Part shown: positions 8,419 through 17,619 of the stretch, piece after piece | How positions within the stretch are numbered: position 1 is the first letter of the stretch | Layout of the letters: every line of letters starts with the position of its first letter | Source: Candidatus Fermentithermobacillaceae bacterium | Lineage (GTDB): Bacteria > Bacillota > Sulfobacillia > Fermentithermobacillales > Fermentithermobacillaceae | Direction of reading: 5' to 3' | DNA: 41,198 nucleotides | Assembly (NCBI GenBank): GCA_012842105.1 | Contig: DUTL01000055.1 | Coordinates: 1 to 41,198, forward strand | Made by a program: the position numbers and the translations under genes | Notes under the pieces: generated by a model | The model's database searches: none | What the model was told of the DNA's origin: nothing | Seen by the model: only the letters and a program-made list of their open reading frames with translations

Positions 8419-9327
8419 TTGGAGGTGGCACAATCGAACACATTCTCAGTCGCATCTGTCCGTACCTTAAATTCCATTCGCAGTTTTGTCGATCAGGAAA
8501 TTGGCAAATGGCAAAAGCGAGGGGTTAGGGTGAGCGTTCGCGAGTCTCCTGCGGGTGAAACCCTAATTCTTCATTGCCAAGCATCCAATCAGAATTATCA
8601 CACTTCGAGCAATGAGCTTCATCGAAAAATCAAAAGTTCGATAGCCAACGGCCTTTCTGACATTATTATCGATGAATATGAAAAATTCCTCGTAGTAAAG
8701 CTTATCGACGCAAATTACGGATACTTGTCCGGTAGAGACAGGGAGTTGCTAAAGAAGAAGGCACTAAGGATATTGGGTAACGGCAGAGGCAGCAGATGTT
8801 CAGATAAACTGGGGAACTATAAGCGTAGTCAAAGAAAAAGCAGGGTTTGGGCAAAACTTTCGGAGTATCTGGAAAGAGAAGACCAGATCATTGTTGAAGG
8901 TTTCATTACGTTCAGGCTCAAGGAGTACCTTGAGGATCTTTTCGACTTCGTTGATCACATGGTGAAAGAGCATTTGATAAACCGAGAGTATAGAGAGTTT
9001 CTACAGCTGCTGCGACATTTCATGAGCAGGCAAAAATACTCGTTGCCGGTTGTCAACGTTCACAGAGATTTACAGGGGTGCTACAGGATTTTGAACGCGC
9101 AGTTAGAGCCTATACAAGGGGATTTGGGAGTATTCTTGAAACAGGATTCAGACGCTTTCGGGCTAGACGTAGATGATCTGGTGGTAAGCGCAATAGTGAC
9201 ACTGGCCCCTAATAGGATTGTGTGGCACGGGGCTACTGAGGATTCCTCATGTTTTGACTTGCTCAACGATTTGTTCAACCAGGAAGTTGAAATATGCCAT
9301 GGATGCGAGCTGGAACGCGATTTTTGA
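8419..9327 (+). CDS. ytxC: Putative sporulation protein YtxC-like
   Basis: The central and C-terminal motifs (IIVEGFITFRLKEYLEDL, NREYREFLQLLRHF) and the position immediately upstream of thrS match the Bacillus ytxC-thrS arrangement. The start is uncertain: TTG 8419 gives a 302-aa protein of typical length, while GTG 8530 has the better RBS (GAGG, 7-nt spacing). Confidence 0.6.
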   Translation: MEVAQSNTFSVASVRTLNSIRSFVDQEIGKWQKRGVRVSVRESPAGETLILHCQASNQNYHTSSNELHRKIKSSIANGLSDIIIDEYEKFLVVKLIDANYGYLSGRDRELLKKKALRILGNGRGSRCSDKLGNYKRSQRKSRVWAKLSEYLEREDQIIVEGFITFRLKEYLEDLFDFVDHMVKEHLINREYREFLQLLRHFMSRQKYSLPVVNVHRDLQGCYRILNAQLEPIQGDLGVFLKQDSDAFGLDVDDLVVSAIVTLAPNRIVWHGATEDSSCFDLLNDLFNQEVEICHGCELERDF

Positions 9328-9349
9328 GTATGGACTCTGAATCCATCCC

Positions 9350-9378
9350 TTGATCTGTGGCCACCTGTAGGATATAAT
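9350..9378 (+). promoter_or_regulatory. Sigma-A type promoter of the thrS leader
   Basis: TTGATC (9350-9355), a 17-nt spacer, then TATAAT (9373-9378). Confidence 0.55.
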
Positions 9379-9394
9379 TCCTGCAAACCTATAT

Positions 9395-9652
9395 GATGTG
9401 GGCTATGAAAAGGACAGTACGCTAGTCACCGGGCTAAAGAGAATGGCGGCCATCGGCTGGAAGCCGTCTGGAACGAGACTAACGGAACACCACCTTGGAG
9501 CCTTTAGTAGAAGCATTTATGATAACACTAACGTATGGATACGTTAAAGTCCGCCAAGGGCAAACCCGCCTCAAGAGTGTATAGGCGATTTGGCCGGATT
9601 AGGGTGGAACCGCGGATTGAAACCTCGCCCCTTAACGGGACGGGGTTTTTTG
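9395..9652 (+). promoter_or_regulatory. T-box riboswitch leader (threonine specifier candidate ACC)
   Basis: Stem I elements (ATGAAAAGGACAGTA and AGAGA) are present. The T-box sequence AGGGTGGAACCGCGG lies at 9601-9615. A GC hairpin plus T6 run (about 9624-9651) forms the terminator. The candidate specifier is ACC at 9489-9491, followed by A. Confidence 0.85.
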
Positions 9653-9685
9653 CTTAGTATGGCACAAACAAAGGAGTGAGCAAAA

Positions 9686-11668
9686 ATGCACGACAAAGAA
9701 AAGAGTGAGAGATTCATATTCATTGTCAAATGGAATAACAAGTCTGAGAGTTTTGCTCAAGGAAGCTGTTTTCTTGACGTCAAGAAGGCGTTTGGATGGA
9801 AAAACAATGTACTTCTGATAGAAACTCTTGATGGAAGCCAACGGGAAACTCTTGAGTTAAGGGAAACACTTGAGAGGGATTATGTAGTTGAACCGCTTGG
9901 GTTCGGCCACGAACAGGCCAGGGAAGCGCTGAGGCATACTGCATCTCACATATTGGCCCAGGCGGTAAAGCGCTTATTTCCTGACGTTCGCCTGGGAATA
10001 GGGCCCGCTATCGAGGACGGCTTTTACTACGATTTCGATACTGTGCACGGGTTCACCCCTGAGGATCTGGTGAGTATTGAGCAAGAAATGAAACGTATCG
10101 CAAAACAGAATTTACCTGTAACCCGTGAAATCATGTCAAGAGGCGAGGCTCGAAAGGTTTTCGAGCAGTCAAATGAGACTTTCAAGATTGAGATTCTTGA
10201 TGAGCTTCCTGAAAATGAGCCCATATCTGTGTACAGGCAAGGGGAGTTCATAGACCTTTGCGCAGGGCCGCATGTTCCATATACCGGTTATCTTAAGGCA
10301 TTTAAACTGCTGAACATCGCCGGGGCTTACTGGCGGGGAGATGAAAACCGGCCTATGCTCCAGCGTATCTACGGCACTGCGTTTATGGACCAAGAAGGTC
10401 TGAGGGCCCACCTAGCCAGGCTTGAAGAGATTAAGCAGAGGGATCACCGAAAACTCGGCAAGCAGTTGGACCTGTTCAGTATCGAAGAAGACGGGGGGCC
10501 CGGGCTGGTCTACTGGCATCCCAAGGGAGCTATTGTCCGAGAAATCATTGAGAATTATTGGAAAGAAGAACACAGGAAGCGCGGTTATGATCTGGTCTAT
10601 ACCCCGCATATTGCAAAACTGGACATATGGAAGGTCTCGGGCCATTGGGACTGGTACAAGGAAAACATGTACAGCCCAATGGAAGTGGATGATATGAAGT
10701 ACTTGTTAAAGCCGATGAATTGCCCTTTCCATATCCTTATATATAAAGGCAAAACCAGAAGCTACAGGGACCTGCCCATACGGTATGGCGAATTGGGCAC
10801 GGTGTACAGGTACGAACGATCAGGAGTGCTTCACGGCATGCTCAGGGTAAGGGGCTTTACCCAGGATGATGCCCACCTTTTCTGCAGGCCTGATCAACTT
10901 GAGCAGCAACTGATAGAGGTATTGGACTTGACCGGTTTTATGCTTAAGACTTTTGGTTACGATGAATACTACTGTATGCTCTCAGTGCGAGATCCTGAGA
11001 ACAAGGCCGGCTACATTGGAGACGATGATGTATGGGAGCAAGCAGAAGCTGCTCTTGAGAGTGCGCTTAAAGCCAGAAATCTGCAGTACCAGGTTGACGT
11101 AGGCGAGGCAAAGTTTTACGGGCCGGCAATAGACATAAATATCAAAGATGCAATGGGCCGGCTCTGGCAAGGGCCTACTATCCAGGCTGATTTTACGTTG
11201 CCCGAACGGTTCGATATTCACTATATTGGAGAAGACGGGCAGAGGCACAGGCCTGTAATGATTCACCGTACGGTGCTTGGTGCCATGGAGCGGTTCATTG
11301 GTGGGTTAATCGAGCACTATGCAGGGGCTTTTCCTTTGTGGCTGTCGCCTGTTCAAATCAGGGTCATGCCGGTTTCAGACAAGCAAAGCAGCTATGCAGA
11401 AGAAGTTCAAAAGCGCTTCAAAGAACAAGGGTTTAGAGCTGAGTGCGACCTGGGGCAGGACAAAATCGGATACAAAATAAGGCAAGCTCAGCTGGAGAAA
11501 GTACCCTACATGATAATTGTCGGAGAGAGGGAAAAACAATCACACGAAATATCTGTGCGTCATAGAAGCCTAGGGGACCTTGGTGTTATGGGCATAGATG
11601 AGTTTATAGAAAAAGTGAGGCATGAGGCCGTGTCAAAGTCCCTTGAATCTGTGTTTGACCGTGTATGA
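9686..11668 (+). CDS. thrS: Threonine--tRNA ligase
   Basis: The 660-aa product has a TGS-like N-terminus, an editing domain (HTASHILAQAV), a class II core (FHILIY, RVRGFTQDDAH) and an anticodon-binding C-terminus. AAAGGAG lies upstream of the ATG. Confidence 0.95.
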   Translation: MHDKEKSERFIFIVKWNNKSESFAQGSCFLDVKKAFGWKNNVLLIETLDGSQRETLELRETLERDYVVEPLGFGHEQAREALRHTASHILAQAVKRLFPDVRLGIGPAIEDGFYYDFDTVHGFTPEDLVSIEQEMKRIAKQNLPVTREIMSRGEARKVFEQSNETFKIEILDELPENEPISVYRQGEFIDLCAGPHVPYTGYLKAFKLLNIAGAYWRGDENRPMLQRIYGTAFMDQEGLRAHLARLEEIKQRDHRKLGKQLDLFSIEEDGGPGLVYWHPKGAIVREIIENYWKEEHRKRGYDLVYTPHIAKLDIWKVSGHWDWYKENMYSPMEVDDMKYLLKPMNCPFHILIYKGKTRSYRDLPIRYGELGTVYRYERSGVLHGMLRVRGFTQDDAHLFCRPDQLEQQLIEVLDLTGFMLKTFGYDEYYCMLSVRDPENKAGYIGDDDVWEQAEAALESALKARNLQYQVDVGEAKFYGPAIDINIKDAMGRLWQGPTIQADFTLPERFDIHYIGEDGQRHRPVMIHRTVLGAMERFIGGLIEHYAGAFPLWLSPVQIRVMPVSDKQSSYAEEVQKRFKEQGFRAECDLGQDKIGYKIRQAQLEKVPYMIIVGEREKQSHEISVRHRSLGDLGVMGIDEFIEKVRHEAVSKSLESVFDRV

Positions 11669-11691
11669 TAGCGGTGTTTCGCGTGAAGTAC

Positions 11692-11721
11692 GTGACACAG
11701 GCGCAGGCAATGTGATATACT
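11692..11721 (+). promoter_or_regulatory. Candidate promoter of the infC-rpmI-rplT operon
   Basis: GTGACA (11692-11697), an 18-nt spacer, then TGaTATACT (extended -10, TATACT at 11716-11721). Confidence 0.45.
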
Positions 11722-11727
11722 CGTGTT

Positions 11728-11893
11728 CGCTAAGAAGAAGCCATCCGCTTCTCACCTTACGGTGATAAGGACCAGTAAGGTTTTTGAGTCAGAAGCGGCT
11801 CTATTGCAGGTTTGCTACCACAAATCGTAAGAGGAGCCGCAGTTCTACGTAAAACACGGGCGGGTGGGAAACATACCTGCCCGTATTTAATTT
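11728..11893 (+). promoter_or_regulatory. L20-leader-like 5' UTR with a terminator/attenuator hairpin
   Basis: The structured leader sits where Firmicute infC operons carry the L20-responsive leader. A 10-bp hairpin, ACGGGCGGGT (11856-11865) pairing with ACCTGCCCGT (11875-11884), is followed by ATTTAATTT. Confidence 0.5.
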
Positions 11894-11916
11894 GGTTGAA
11901 AAGGGGGTGAAATTCA

Positions 11917-12471
11917 ATTAGTCAAATGGGTCAAAGAGTGAATGAGCAGATCCGGGTCCGGGAAGTAAGGCTTATAGCGTCCGATGGGATGCAGTTGGGG
12001 ATTCATCCCACTTACGAGGCTTTGAACATAGCTCGCGAACGAGGGCTTGATTTGGTTGAAGTTGCCCCTCAGGCCAAGCCACCTGTATGTAAGATTATGG
12101 ATTACAATAAGTGGAAGTACGAGCAATCCAAAAGGCTGAAAGAAGCCAGGAAAAAGCAGAAGGTTCAAGACGTGAAGGAAGTCAAGATGCGTCCTGCGAT
12201 TGATGATCATGACTTTAACGTGAAGGCCAGAGCATGCAAGAGATTCCTCGAAAATGGTGACAAGGTGAAGGCAACCATAATGTTCAGAGGCCGGGAACTA
12301 GCCCATGTTGGCCTGGGACAGAAGGTTTTGGAGAGGCTTTTGGACACAGTGAAAGACATGTGCCACGTTGAGAGGGCCCCCAGGATGGAAGGCAGGAACA
12401 TGACCATGATCCTGACGCCGAAACCCCAGGATGCGCCTGGCAGCAAGCGCGAAGAAACCGTTGCGAAATAG
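11917..12471 (+). CDS. infC: Translation initiation factor IF-3
   Basis: NEQIRVREVRLIASDGMQLGI and the remainder are typical of IF-3. GGGGGTGA (ending at 11910) is 6 nt from the in-frame ATT at 11917 but 15 nt from the ATG at 11926. An in-frame TGA at 11908-11910 limits the upstream options. Confidence 0.9.
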   Translation: MSQMGQRVNEQIRVREVRLIASDGMQLGIHPTYEALNIARERGLDLVEVAPQAKPPVCKIMDYNKWKYEQSKRLKEARKKQKVQDVKEVKMRPAIDDHDFNVKARACKRFLENGDKVKATIMFRGRELAHVGLGQKVLERLLDTVKDMCHVERAPRMEGRNMTMILTPKPQDAPGSKREETVAK

Positions 12472-12534
12472 AGGTTCAGCGATAGTCTAGTCAGATATGA
12501 CATTGCAGAACAGAAACAGAAAGGAAGTCTTCAA

Positions 12535-12750
12535 GTGGCTAAGAAGGCTAAGAAATTCAAGATGAAAACCCACAGTGGGGCAAAAAAGCGTCTCTTTGTG
12601 ACCGGCACCGGAAAAATCCGTCACTTTCGTTCAGGCCATGGACACAAACTTGTTCACAAAGGCCATGCCCGGCGGAGAAGGCTTAAGAAGAGCACAATAA
12701 TCAACAAGGTGTACGCTAAAGAGATTCGAACCATGATTCCCTACAAATAG
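12535..12750 (+). CDS. rpmI: 50S ribosomal protein L35
   Basis: MKTHSGAKKR...GHGHKL is typical of L35. The GTG at 12535 is preceded by AAAGGAAG at 7 nt. The internal ATG at 12562 would give the canonical length. Confidence 0.9.
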   Translation: MAKKAKKFKMKTHSGAKKRLFVTGTGKIRHFRSGHGHKLVHKGHARRRRLKKSTIINKVYAKEIRTMIPYK

Positions 12751-12824
12751 GCAACGTGTGTTCTGTGTTTTGGATACTTGAAAAACTCCAGGTTGTGAGT
12801 GTTGAAGAAAGAGGGTTGTAAGCG

Positions 12825-13199
12825 ATGCCTCGCGTTAAGTCGTCGGTTGTTAAGAGAAAAAGACACAAGAAAGTTTTGAAACTGGCAAAAGGATATTACG
12901 GAAAGCGTTCCACGTCATTCAAGGTTGCTAATGCAGCTGTTATGAAATCTCTGGACTACGCTCGTATTCATAGACGGGAGAGAAAGCGGGAATTCAGAAG
13001 GCTGTGGATAGCGCGCATTAACGCAGCAGCCCGTCAAAATGGCATGACATATAACAGGTTCATCAACGGGCTGAAGAAAGCCGGTGTAGATATTAACCGC
13101 AAAATGCTGGCGGAACTTGCAGTATCAGATGCTGAGGCCTTTTCAGACCTGGTGGTTCTCGCTAAAGGCCAGTTGGATGCAGCCGGTTCTGTCCAGTAA
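12825..13199 (+). CDS. rplT: 50S ribosomal protein L20
   Basis: [26 protein letters not shown] is the canonical L20 N-terminus. Confidence 0.95.
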   Translation: MPRVKSSVVKRKRHKKVLKLAKGYYGKRSTSFKVANAAVMKSLDYARIHRRERKREFRRLWIARINAAARQNGMTYNRFINGLKKAGVDINRKMLAELAVSDAEAFSDLVVLAKGQLDAAGSVQ

Positions 13200-13211
13200 G
13201 AAACCGAAGGT

Positions 13212-14564
13212 ATGGATTTGAAACCTTATCAGAAGGGCAAAGCATTGGCGACGCCTGCCAGGCTCTTAGCCATCAGTTTCTTGCTCTTGATCTTGATTGG
13301 AACTATATTGCTCATGTTTCCTTGGTCAACGTCTGCCGGCACATCGCCTGGGCTTATTGATGCGTTGTTCACTGCTACTTCAGCAGTATGTGTTACGGGG
13401 CTTGTAGTATTTAACACTGCAAGTTACTGGAGCATCTGGGGCAAGATTGTAATTCTTATCCTGATTCAGGCGGGAGGGCTCGGGCTTATGACATTTGCCA
13501 CCGCTCATGCCCTTATCACCGGAAGGCGGATCACTCTGAAAGAACGCCTTATTATTCAACAGCAAACGGGGCACTGGAGCCTTTCAGGCCTGGTGTTGCT
13601 TATGAAAAGAGTCATCCTAACTACCCTTGCTTTTGAATTGATGGGCGCTTTTGTACTTGCAGTTGCTTTTGCCAGAACAATGAAACTAAGATTGCCTGGA
13701 GCATTGTTCTACGGCCTGTTTCACTCTGTATCTGCTTTCTGCAATGCTGGTTTCGATATATTGGGAGCCAGCCTGGTGCCGTATGCCGGCAATCCATGGG
13801 TAATCATGACCGTCAGCTTGCTTATCATTTTTGGCGGGCTGGGTTTTTACGTGATAATTGATCTATACGTTCAAAAAGGAAGATGGCGAAGCCTTTCATT
13901 ACATTCAAGGATTGCAATCAAAATGACAGTGCTTCTGCTTATCGTAGGAACTGTTGTTGTGTTTGCTTTTGAGTACCGGAATCCGGGCACCATGGGCAGC
14001 ATGAGTAACAAGGACAGAATCTTGTCTTCATGGTTCATGTCGGCCACTTCCAGGACGGCCGGGTTCAACTCGGTTCCTACTGAGAGCCTTCGGGCGTGTA
14101 CGTCGTTTGCTGTGATTGCCTTGATGTTTATTGGAGCTTCACCGGGTGGAACCGGCGGTGGGGTCAAGACCACCACTTTTTATACGGTAACGAAATTCGT
14201 ATCGTCGCTGGTAACGGGTAAGCAAGATGTAATCGCTGGGAAAAGGCGGCTTCCCCAGGATTTGGTTCTAAAGGCACTTTCAATTGTCTTGATATCTACA
14301 GGGTTGGTAGGAGCATCTACCCTTATTCTCACAGTAACCGAAAATAGGCCTTTTCTTGACATTGTTTTCGAAGTTACATCTGCTTTCGGCACTGTCGGGT
14401 TGTCCAGAGGCTTAACTCCTTCCCTGAGCGGTGCAGGTAAATGTGTACTGATAGCGACTATGTTTGCAGGCAGGGTTGGCCCCTTGAGCCTGGCAGGGCT
14501 CCTGTCCCGACAGCGCACCCAGGCCGGGATCAGGTATCCCGAGGAAAAGGTCTTAGTAGGTTAA
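13212..14564 (+). CDS. trkH: TrkH/KtrB-family potassium uptake membrane subunit
   Basis: The 450-aa polytopic protein has repeated pore-loop motifs (TAVCVTGL, FCNAGF, SRTAGFN, FGTVGLS). The start may be the TTG at 13218. Confidence 0.9.
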   Translation: MDLKPYQKGKALATPARLLAISFLLLILIGTILLMFPWSTSAGTSPGLIDALFTATSAVCVTGLVVFNTASYWSIWGKIVILILIQAGGLGLMTFATAHALITGRRITLKERLIIQQQTGHWSLSGLVLLMKRVILTTLAFELMGAFVLAVAFARTMKLRLPGALFYGLFHSVSAFCNAGFDILGASLVPYAGNPWVIMTVSLLIIFGGLGFYVIIDLYVQKGRWRSLSLHSRIAIKMTVLLLIVGTVVVFAFEYRNPGTMGSMSNKDRILSSWFMSATSRTAGFNSVPTESLRACTSFAVIALMFIGASPGGTGGGVKTTTFYTVTKFVSSLVTGKQDVIAGKRRLPQDLVLKALSIVLISTGLVGASTLILTVTENRPFLDIVFEVTSAFGTVGLSRGLTPSLSGAGKCVLIATMFAGRVGPLSLAGLLSRQRTQAGIRYPEEKVLVG

Positions 14565-14580
14565 AGGTGTGTGATGATGA

Positions 14581-15240
14581 ATGCAGAAACAATTTGCCAT
14601 AATAGGCCTAGGCAGGTTTGGGAGTAGCCTTGCCCGGACTCTTGCAAAATTGGGCGCCGAAGTTCTGGCGGTTGATCTGGATCCTGAAAAGGTCAGGGCA
14701 ATTGCGCCTGTGGTGACTGAAGCCGTAGAAGCTGACGCCACAAGCCAATCAGTGCTCACTGAATTGGGGGTAAAGAATTTTGACGTGGCTGTAGTAGCCA
14801 TCAGTGGTTTTGAGGCCAGCCTCCTTGTTACGCTTTATCTTAAGCAACTCGGTGCAGGGCAAGTTGTAGTCAAAGCCGCCAGCGACGTTCATGCAAGAAT
14901 TCTGGAGAGTGTGGGGGCAGACACTGTGGTATTTCCGGAAAAGGACATGGGCCGGCGGCTCGCATATTCACTGGTGTCAGGCAGTGTCATTGACTATATC
15001 GAGTTATCTGAAGACTATGGCGTAATAGAGATTGCAGTTCAGGGTGCTCTGGTGGGCCGAACTCTCAGGAATTTGGATCTTCGTAACAAGATGGGGTTTA
15101 ACATAGTTGCAATCAAGAGAGACAATCAGGTGAATATGTACGTCAATCCCGACGAACCGTTGCACGAGACAGACGTTATGATTGCTATTGGCCCCAATGA
15201 CGGAATACGGCGGCTGAACGAGATTCTTGAAAGAGGGTAA
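14581..15240 (+). CDS. trkA: TrkA/KtrA-family potassium uptake regulatory subunit (RCK N and C domains)
   Basis: It has a Rossmann motif (IIGLGRFG) and an RCK_C-like C-terminal half. Confidence 0.9.
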   Translation: MQKQFAIIGLGRFGSSLARTLAKLGAEVLAVDLDPEKVRAIAPVVTEAVEADATSQSVLTELGVKNFDVAVVAISGFEASLLVTLYLKQLGAGQVVVKAASDVHARILESVGADTVVFPEKDMGRRLAYSLVSGSVIDYIELSEDYGVIEIAVQGALVGRTLRNLDLRNKMGFNIVAIKRDNQVNMYVNPDEPLHETDVMIAIGPNDGIRRLNEILERG

Positions 15241-15243
15241 AGT

Positions 15244-16053
15244 GTGTATTCTGACGTACCATGGCGTCTCATAAGGAGCCTTTCACGCAAGAAAGAAAGG
15301 GAGAGCACCAAGCTTACTGTAGCGGAAGGCCCATCTGTTGTGCTTTCTGCCTTAGAAGCAGGGGTTGAGCTATGTGCGGTTGTTCTTACTGAAGAGTTTG
15401 CGCGTTCCGGCAAGGGGCACGGGATTCTCGAAGCCGTGGCCAAACACCCCGACGCCGGCAGGTTATTTGTGGTATCAGAGGAACTCTACAGTAGAATGTC
15501 CGGCACAAAAAGCCCTCAAGGCGCTATGAGCCTGTTGAGCTTTCCATTTAGATTTGCAAGGGGTGAACCTGGCAATACCTGGGCTGAGGCTCTGGACATT
15601 GTTGGTGTTGACATTCAGGATCCGGGCAATGTTGGCACTTTGATTAGAACCGGTGCGTGCGCAGGGGCAAGCAGCGTGATAATCTGCGGGCAAGGTGCTG
15701 ATCCCTTTTCGCCAAAAGTGATAAGGGCATCGGCAGGTGCAATCTTTAAGACCCGGATTATCTTTGATGATGACTGTATTAACTTACTTAGGCGGATTCA
15801 CGATTCAGGCAAGCTCATATACAAGGCTGTACCTCGAGGTGGAATAATGCCATGGGAAGCCGGTTTCCGTTCTCCCTGCACGGTGGTTCTGGGCAATGAG
15901 GCGCGGGGTTTGGGCCCTGAGATCATTGAGTTGCCGGGGGATTGTATTACCGTTCCAATGCCCGGTGGAACTGAGTCCCTGAACGTGGCCATGGCTTGCA
16001 GTGCGTTGGTTTATGAGGCTGTGAGGCAAAGAACAAAAGCAAGTGATGTTTGA
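15244..16053 (+). CDS. TrmH/SpoU-family RNA 2'-O-methyltransferase (YsgA-like)
   Basis: SpoU motifs are present (DIQDPGNVGTLIRT, VLGNEARGL, ESLNVAMA). Its position between rplT and pheS matches Bacillus ysgA. Confidence 0.85.
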   Translation: MYSDVPWRLIRSLSRKKERESTKLTVAEGPSVVLSALEAGVELCAVVLTEEFARSGKGHGILEAVAKHPDAGRLFVVSEELYSRMSGTKSPQGAMSLLSFPFRFARGEPGNTWAEALDIVGVDIQDPGNVGTLIRTGACAGASSVIICGQGADPFSPKVIRASAGAIFKTRIIFDDDCINLLRRIHDSGKLIYKAVPRGGIMPWEAGFRSPCTVVLGNEARGLGPEIIELPGDCITVPMPGGTESLNVAMACSALVYEAVRQRTKASDV

Positions 16054-16077
16054 GGTCCATTGTACTCGTGGTATAAT
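16050..16077 (+). promoter_or_regulatory. Near-consensus sigma-A promoter overlapping the methyltransferase stop codon
   Basis: TTGAGG (16050-16055), a 16-nt spacer, then TGgTATAAT (TATAAT at 16072-16077). Confidence 0.45.
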
Positions 16078-16249
16078 ATCCGAAAGAGTCGAGGAAGCGG
16101 GGGATGGGCCACGGATATTGCAGATGTGTTTTGGTCAATCTTTGAAATAACCGGTTCAGTGCTGGCTTACCTGCTTTACCGTCACTATTCCAATCTCGAT
16201 GCAGGAAGGCGAGACCTTAAGATTCAGTAGAACAAATGGGTTTGGCATT

Positions 16250-16491
16250 ATATGGCGATGAAAGAGAACATGAATCAGCGGTGTGAACAGAGAAGGAAAG
16301 TTATGGCTGAGAGCTTTCCATTCACATAACAACTGATTGAATTCGCTCCGGAGCCACCGGGCTGAAAAGCTTAAGTAGGCCTGGCGCGCCTTGGCGTTAC
16401 GAAGGACAAGAGTGGGCCGATAATCGGCCAACCACGGTGGTACCGCGGAAGCTAATGCTTTCGTCCGAAGGAAAGGATGAAAGCTTTTTTA
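16250..16491 (+). promoter_or_regulatory. T-box riboswitch leader (phenylalanine specifier candidate TTC)
   Basis: Stem I elements (GCGATGAAAGAGAAC, AGAGA and GGCTGAGAG) are present. The T-box sequence GGTGGTACCGCGG lies at 16436-16448. The terminator pairs GCTTTCGTCC (16457-16466) with GGATGAAAGC (16475-16484), followed by T6. The candidate specifier is GAA-TTC-G with TTC at 16342-16344. A weaker proximal promoter reads TTCAGT (16223-16228), 17 nt, CATTAT (16246-16251). Confidence 0.85.
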
Positions 16492-16529
16492 TTTCCGTAA
16501 AGAAAGGAGGAAAGGCGCGCGACTTTATT

Positions 16530-17588
16530 ATGCGGAAAGTCTGCGCTTCAGACATGAAGCACAATTTGGCTGAGATGAAATCACATGTTCTTGAAGAAAT
16601 CAGCAAAGTTTCCACAAGTGAGGAACTTGATTCTGTTCGGGTCAGGTATCTGGGCAGAAAAGGAGAAATATCTGTCCTGCTCAAGCACATTGGAAGCCTG
16701 GCTCCTGAAGAAAGGCCCGAATTTGGCGCAGCGGTGAATGCGCTGCGAGAGCAAGTTGCAGACGCAATCTCCAGGAGGAAGGATGAGCTGGATAAGCTGG
16801 CACTCGAGGAGATTCTCCATAGGGATACAATTGATATCAGCTTGCCTGGGGAGGTATATGAAATAGGCGGGCTTCACCCACTTACCAAGGCAATGAGAGA
16901 AGTGGCCTCGGTTTTTTCCAGCCTGGGTTTTGCAGCCTATGAAAGCCGTGAGGCCGAGACAGATGAGATGAACTTCGTCAAACTAAATATTGCCCCGGGC
17001 CATCCGGCAAGGGATATGCAAGAAACCTTCTATCTCAGCGACAACACTCTCATGAGAACACACACTTCCCCTGGGCAGATACGAGGCATGTTGTCGCTGA
17101 AAGGGAAATTGCCGGTACGCTTTATTGTCCCGGGGCGCGTATACAGGCGAGACCCAACCGATGCGTCTCACCATCCTGTATTCCATCAGGTTGAGGGGTT
17201 AGCTGTTGATATTGATGTTACTTTCAAGGAACTTAGAGGCGTTCTTTCGGCCTTCATGAAGAGGTTCTTTGGCCAGGAAGTGTCGACACGCCTGAGGCCA
17301 AGCTATTTTCCGTTCACTGAACCTTCGTGTGAGGTAGACATATCATGCATGTTCTGCAAAGGGAAAGGTTGCTCAGTATGTGGAGGTTCAGGCTACTTAG
17401 AGGTAGCAGGAGCAGGAATGGTTCATCCCAGGGTGCTTGTAAACGGAGGGTATGATCCTGGCAAGGTAACAGGGTTTGCTTTTGGTTTCGGATTGGATAG
17501 GCTGGCCATGCTCAAGTACGGAATTGACGATATACGGCTTCTTTACGGCAACGACAGAAGGTTTCTGTCGCAGTTCCGGGGGCTTTAG
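16530..17588 (+). CDS. pheS: Phenylalanine--tRNA ligase alpha subunit
   Basis: VRYLGRKGEIS, the class II motifs and the Cys-rich insert (CMFCKGKGCSVCGGSGYLEV) are present. The track ORF start at 16437 lies inside the T-box terminator and is rejected. By my recollection of Bacillus PheS length, the ATG at 16554 is an equally good start. Confidence 0.9.
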   Translation: MRKVCASDMKHNLAEMKSHVLEEISKVSTSEELDSVRVRYLGRKGEISVLLKHIGSLAPEERPEFGAAVNALREQVADAISRRKDELDKLALEEILHRDTIDISLPGEVYEIGGLHPLTKAMREVASVFSSLGFAAYESREAETDEMNFVKLNIAPGHPARDMQETFYLSDNTLMRTHTSPGQIRGMLSLKGKLPVRFIVPGRVYRRDPTDASHHPVFHQVEGLAVDIDVTFKELRGVLSAFMKRFFGQEVSTRLRPSYFPFTEPSCEVDISCMFCKGKGCSVCGGSGYLEVAGAGMVHPRVLVNGGYDPGKVTGFAFGFGLDRLAMLKYGIDDIRLLYGNDRRFLSQFRGL

Positions 17589-17619
17589 CATTTGACAAGG
17601 GTAGGAGGCATGAATTGGA

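Noticed and set aside
8199-8528. 109-aa ORF, plus the 8269-8418 extension of the ytxC frame, in the gap upstream of ytxC.
   Set aside because: The translations are Cys/Trp-rich, lack an RBS and fit no family. Several frames are open here simply because stop codons are scarce.
16156-16431. 91-aa minus-strand ORF upstream of pheS.
   Set aside because: It overlaps the well-defined T-box leader on the opposite strand and has no RBS.
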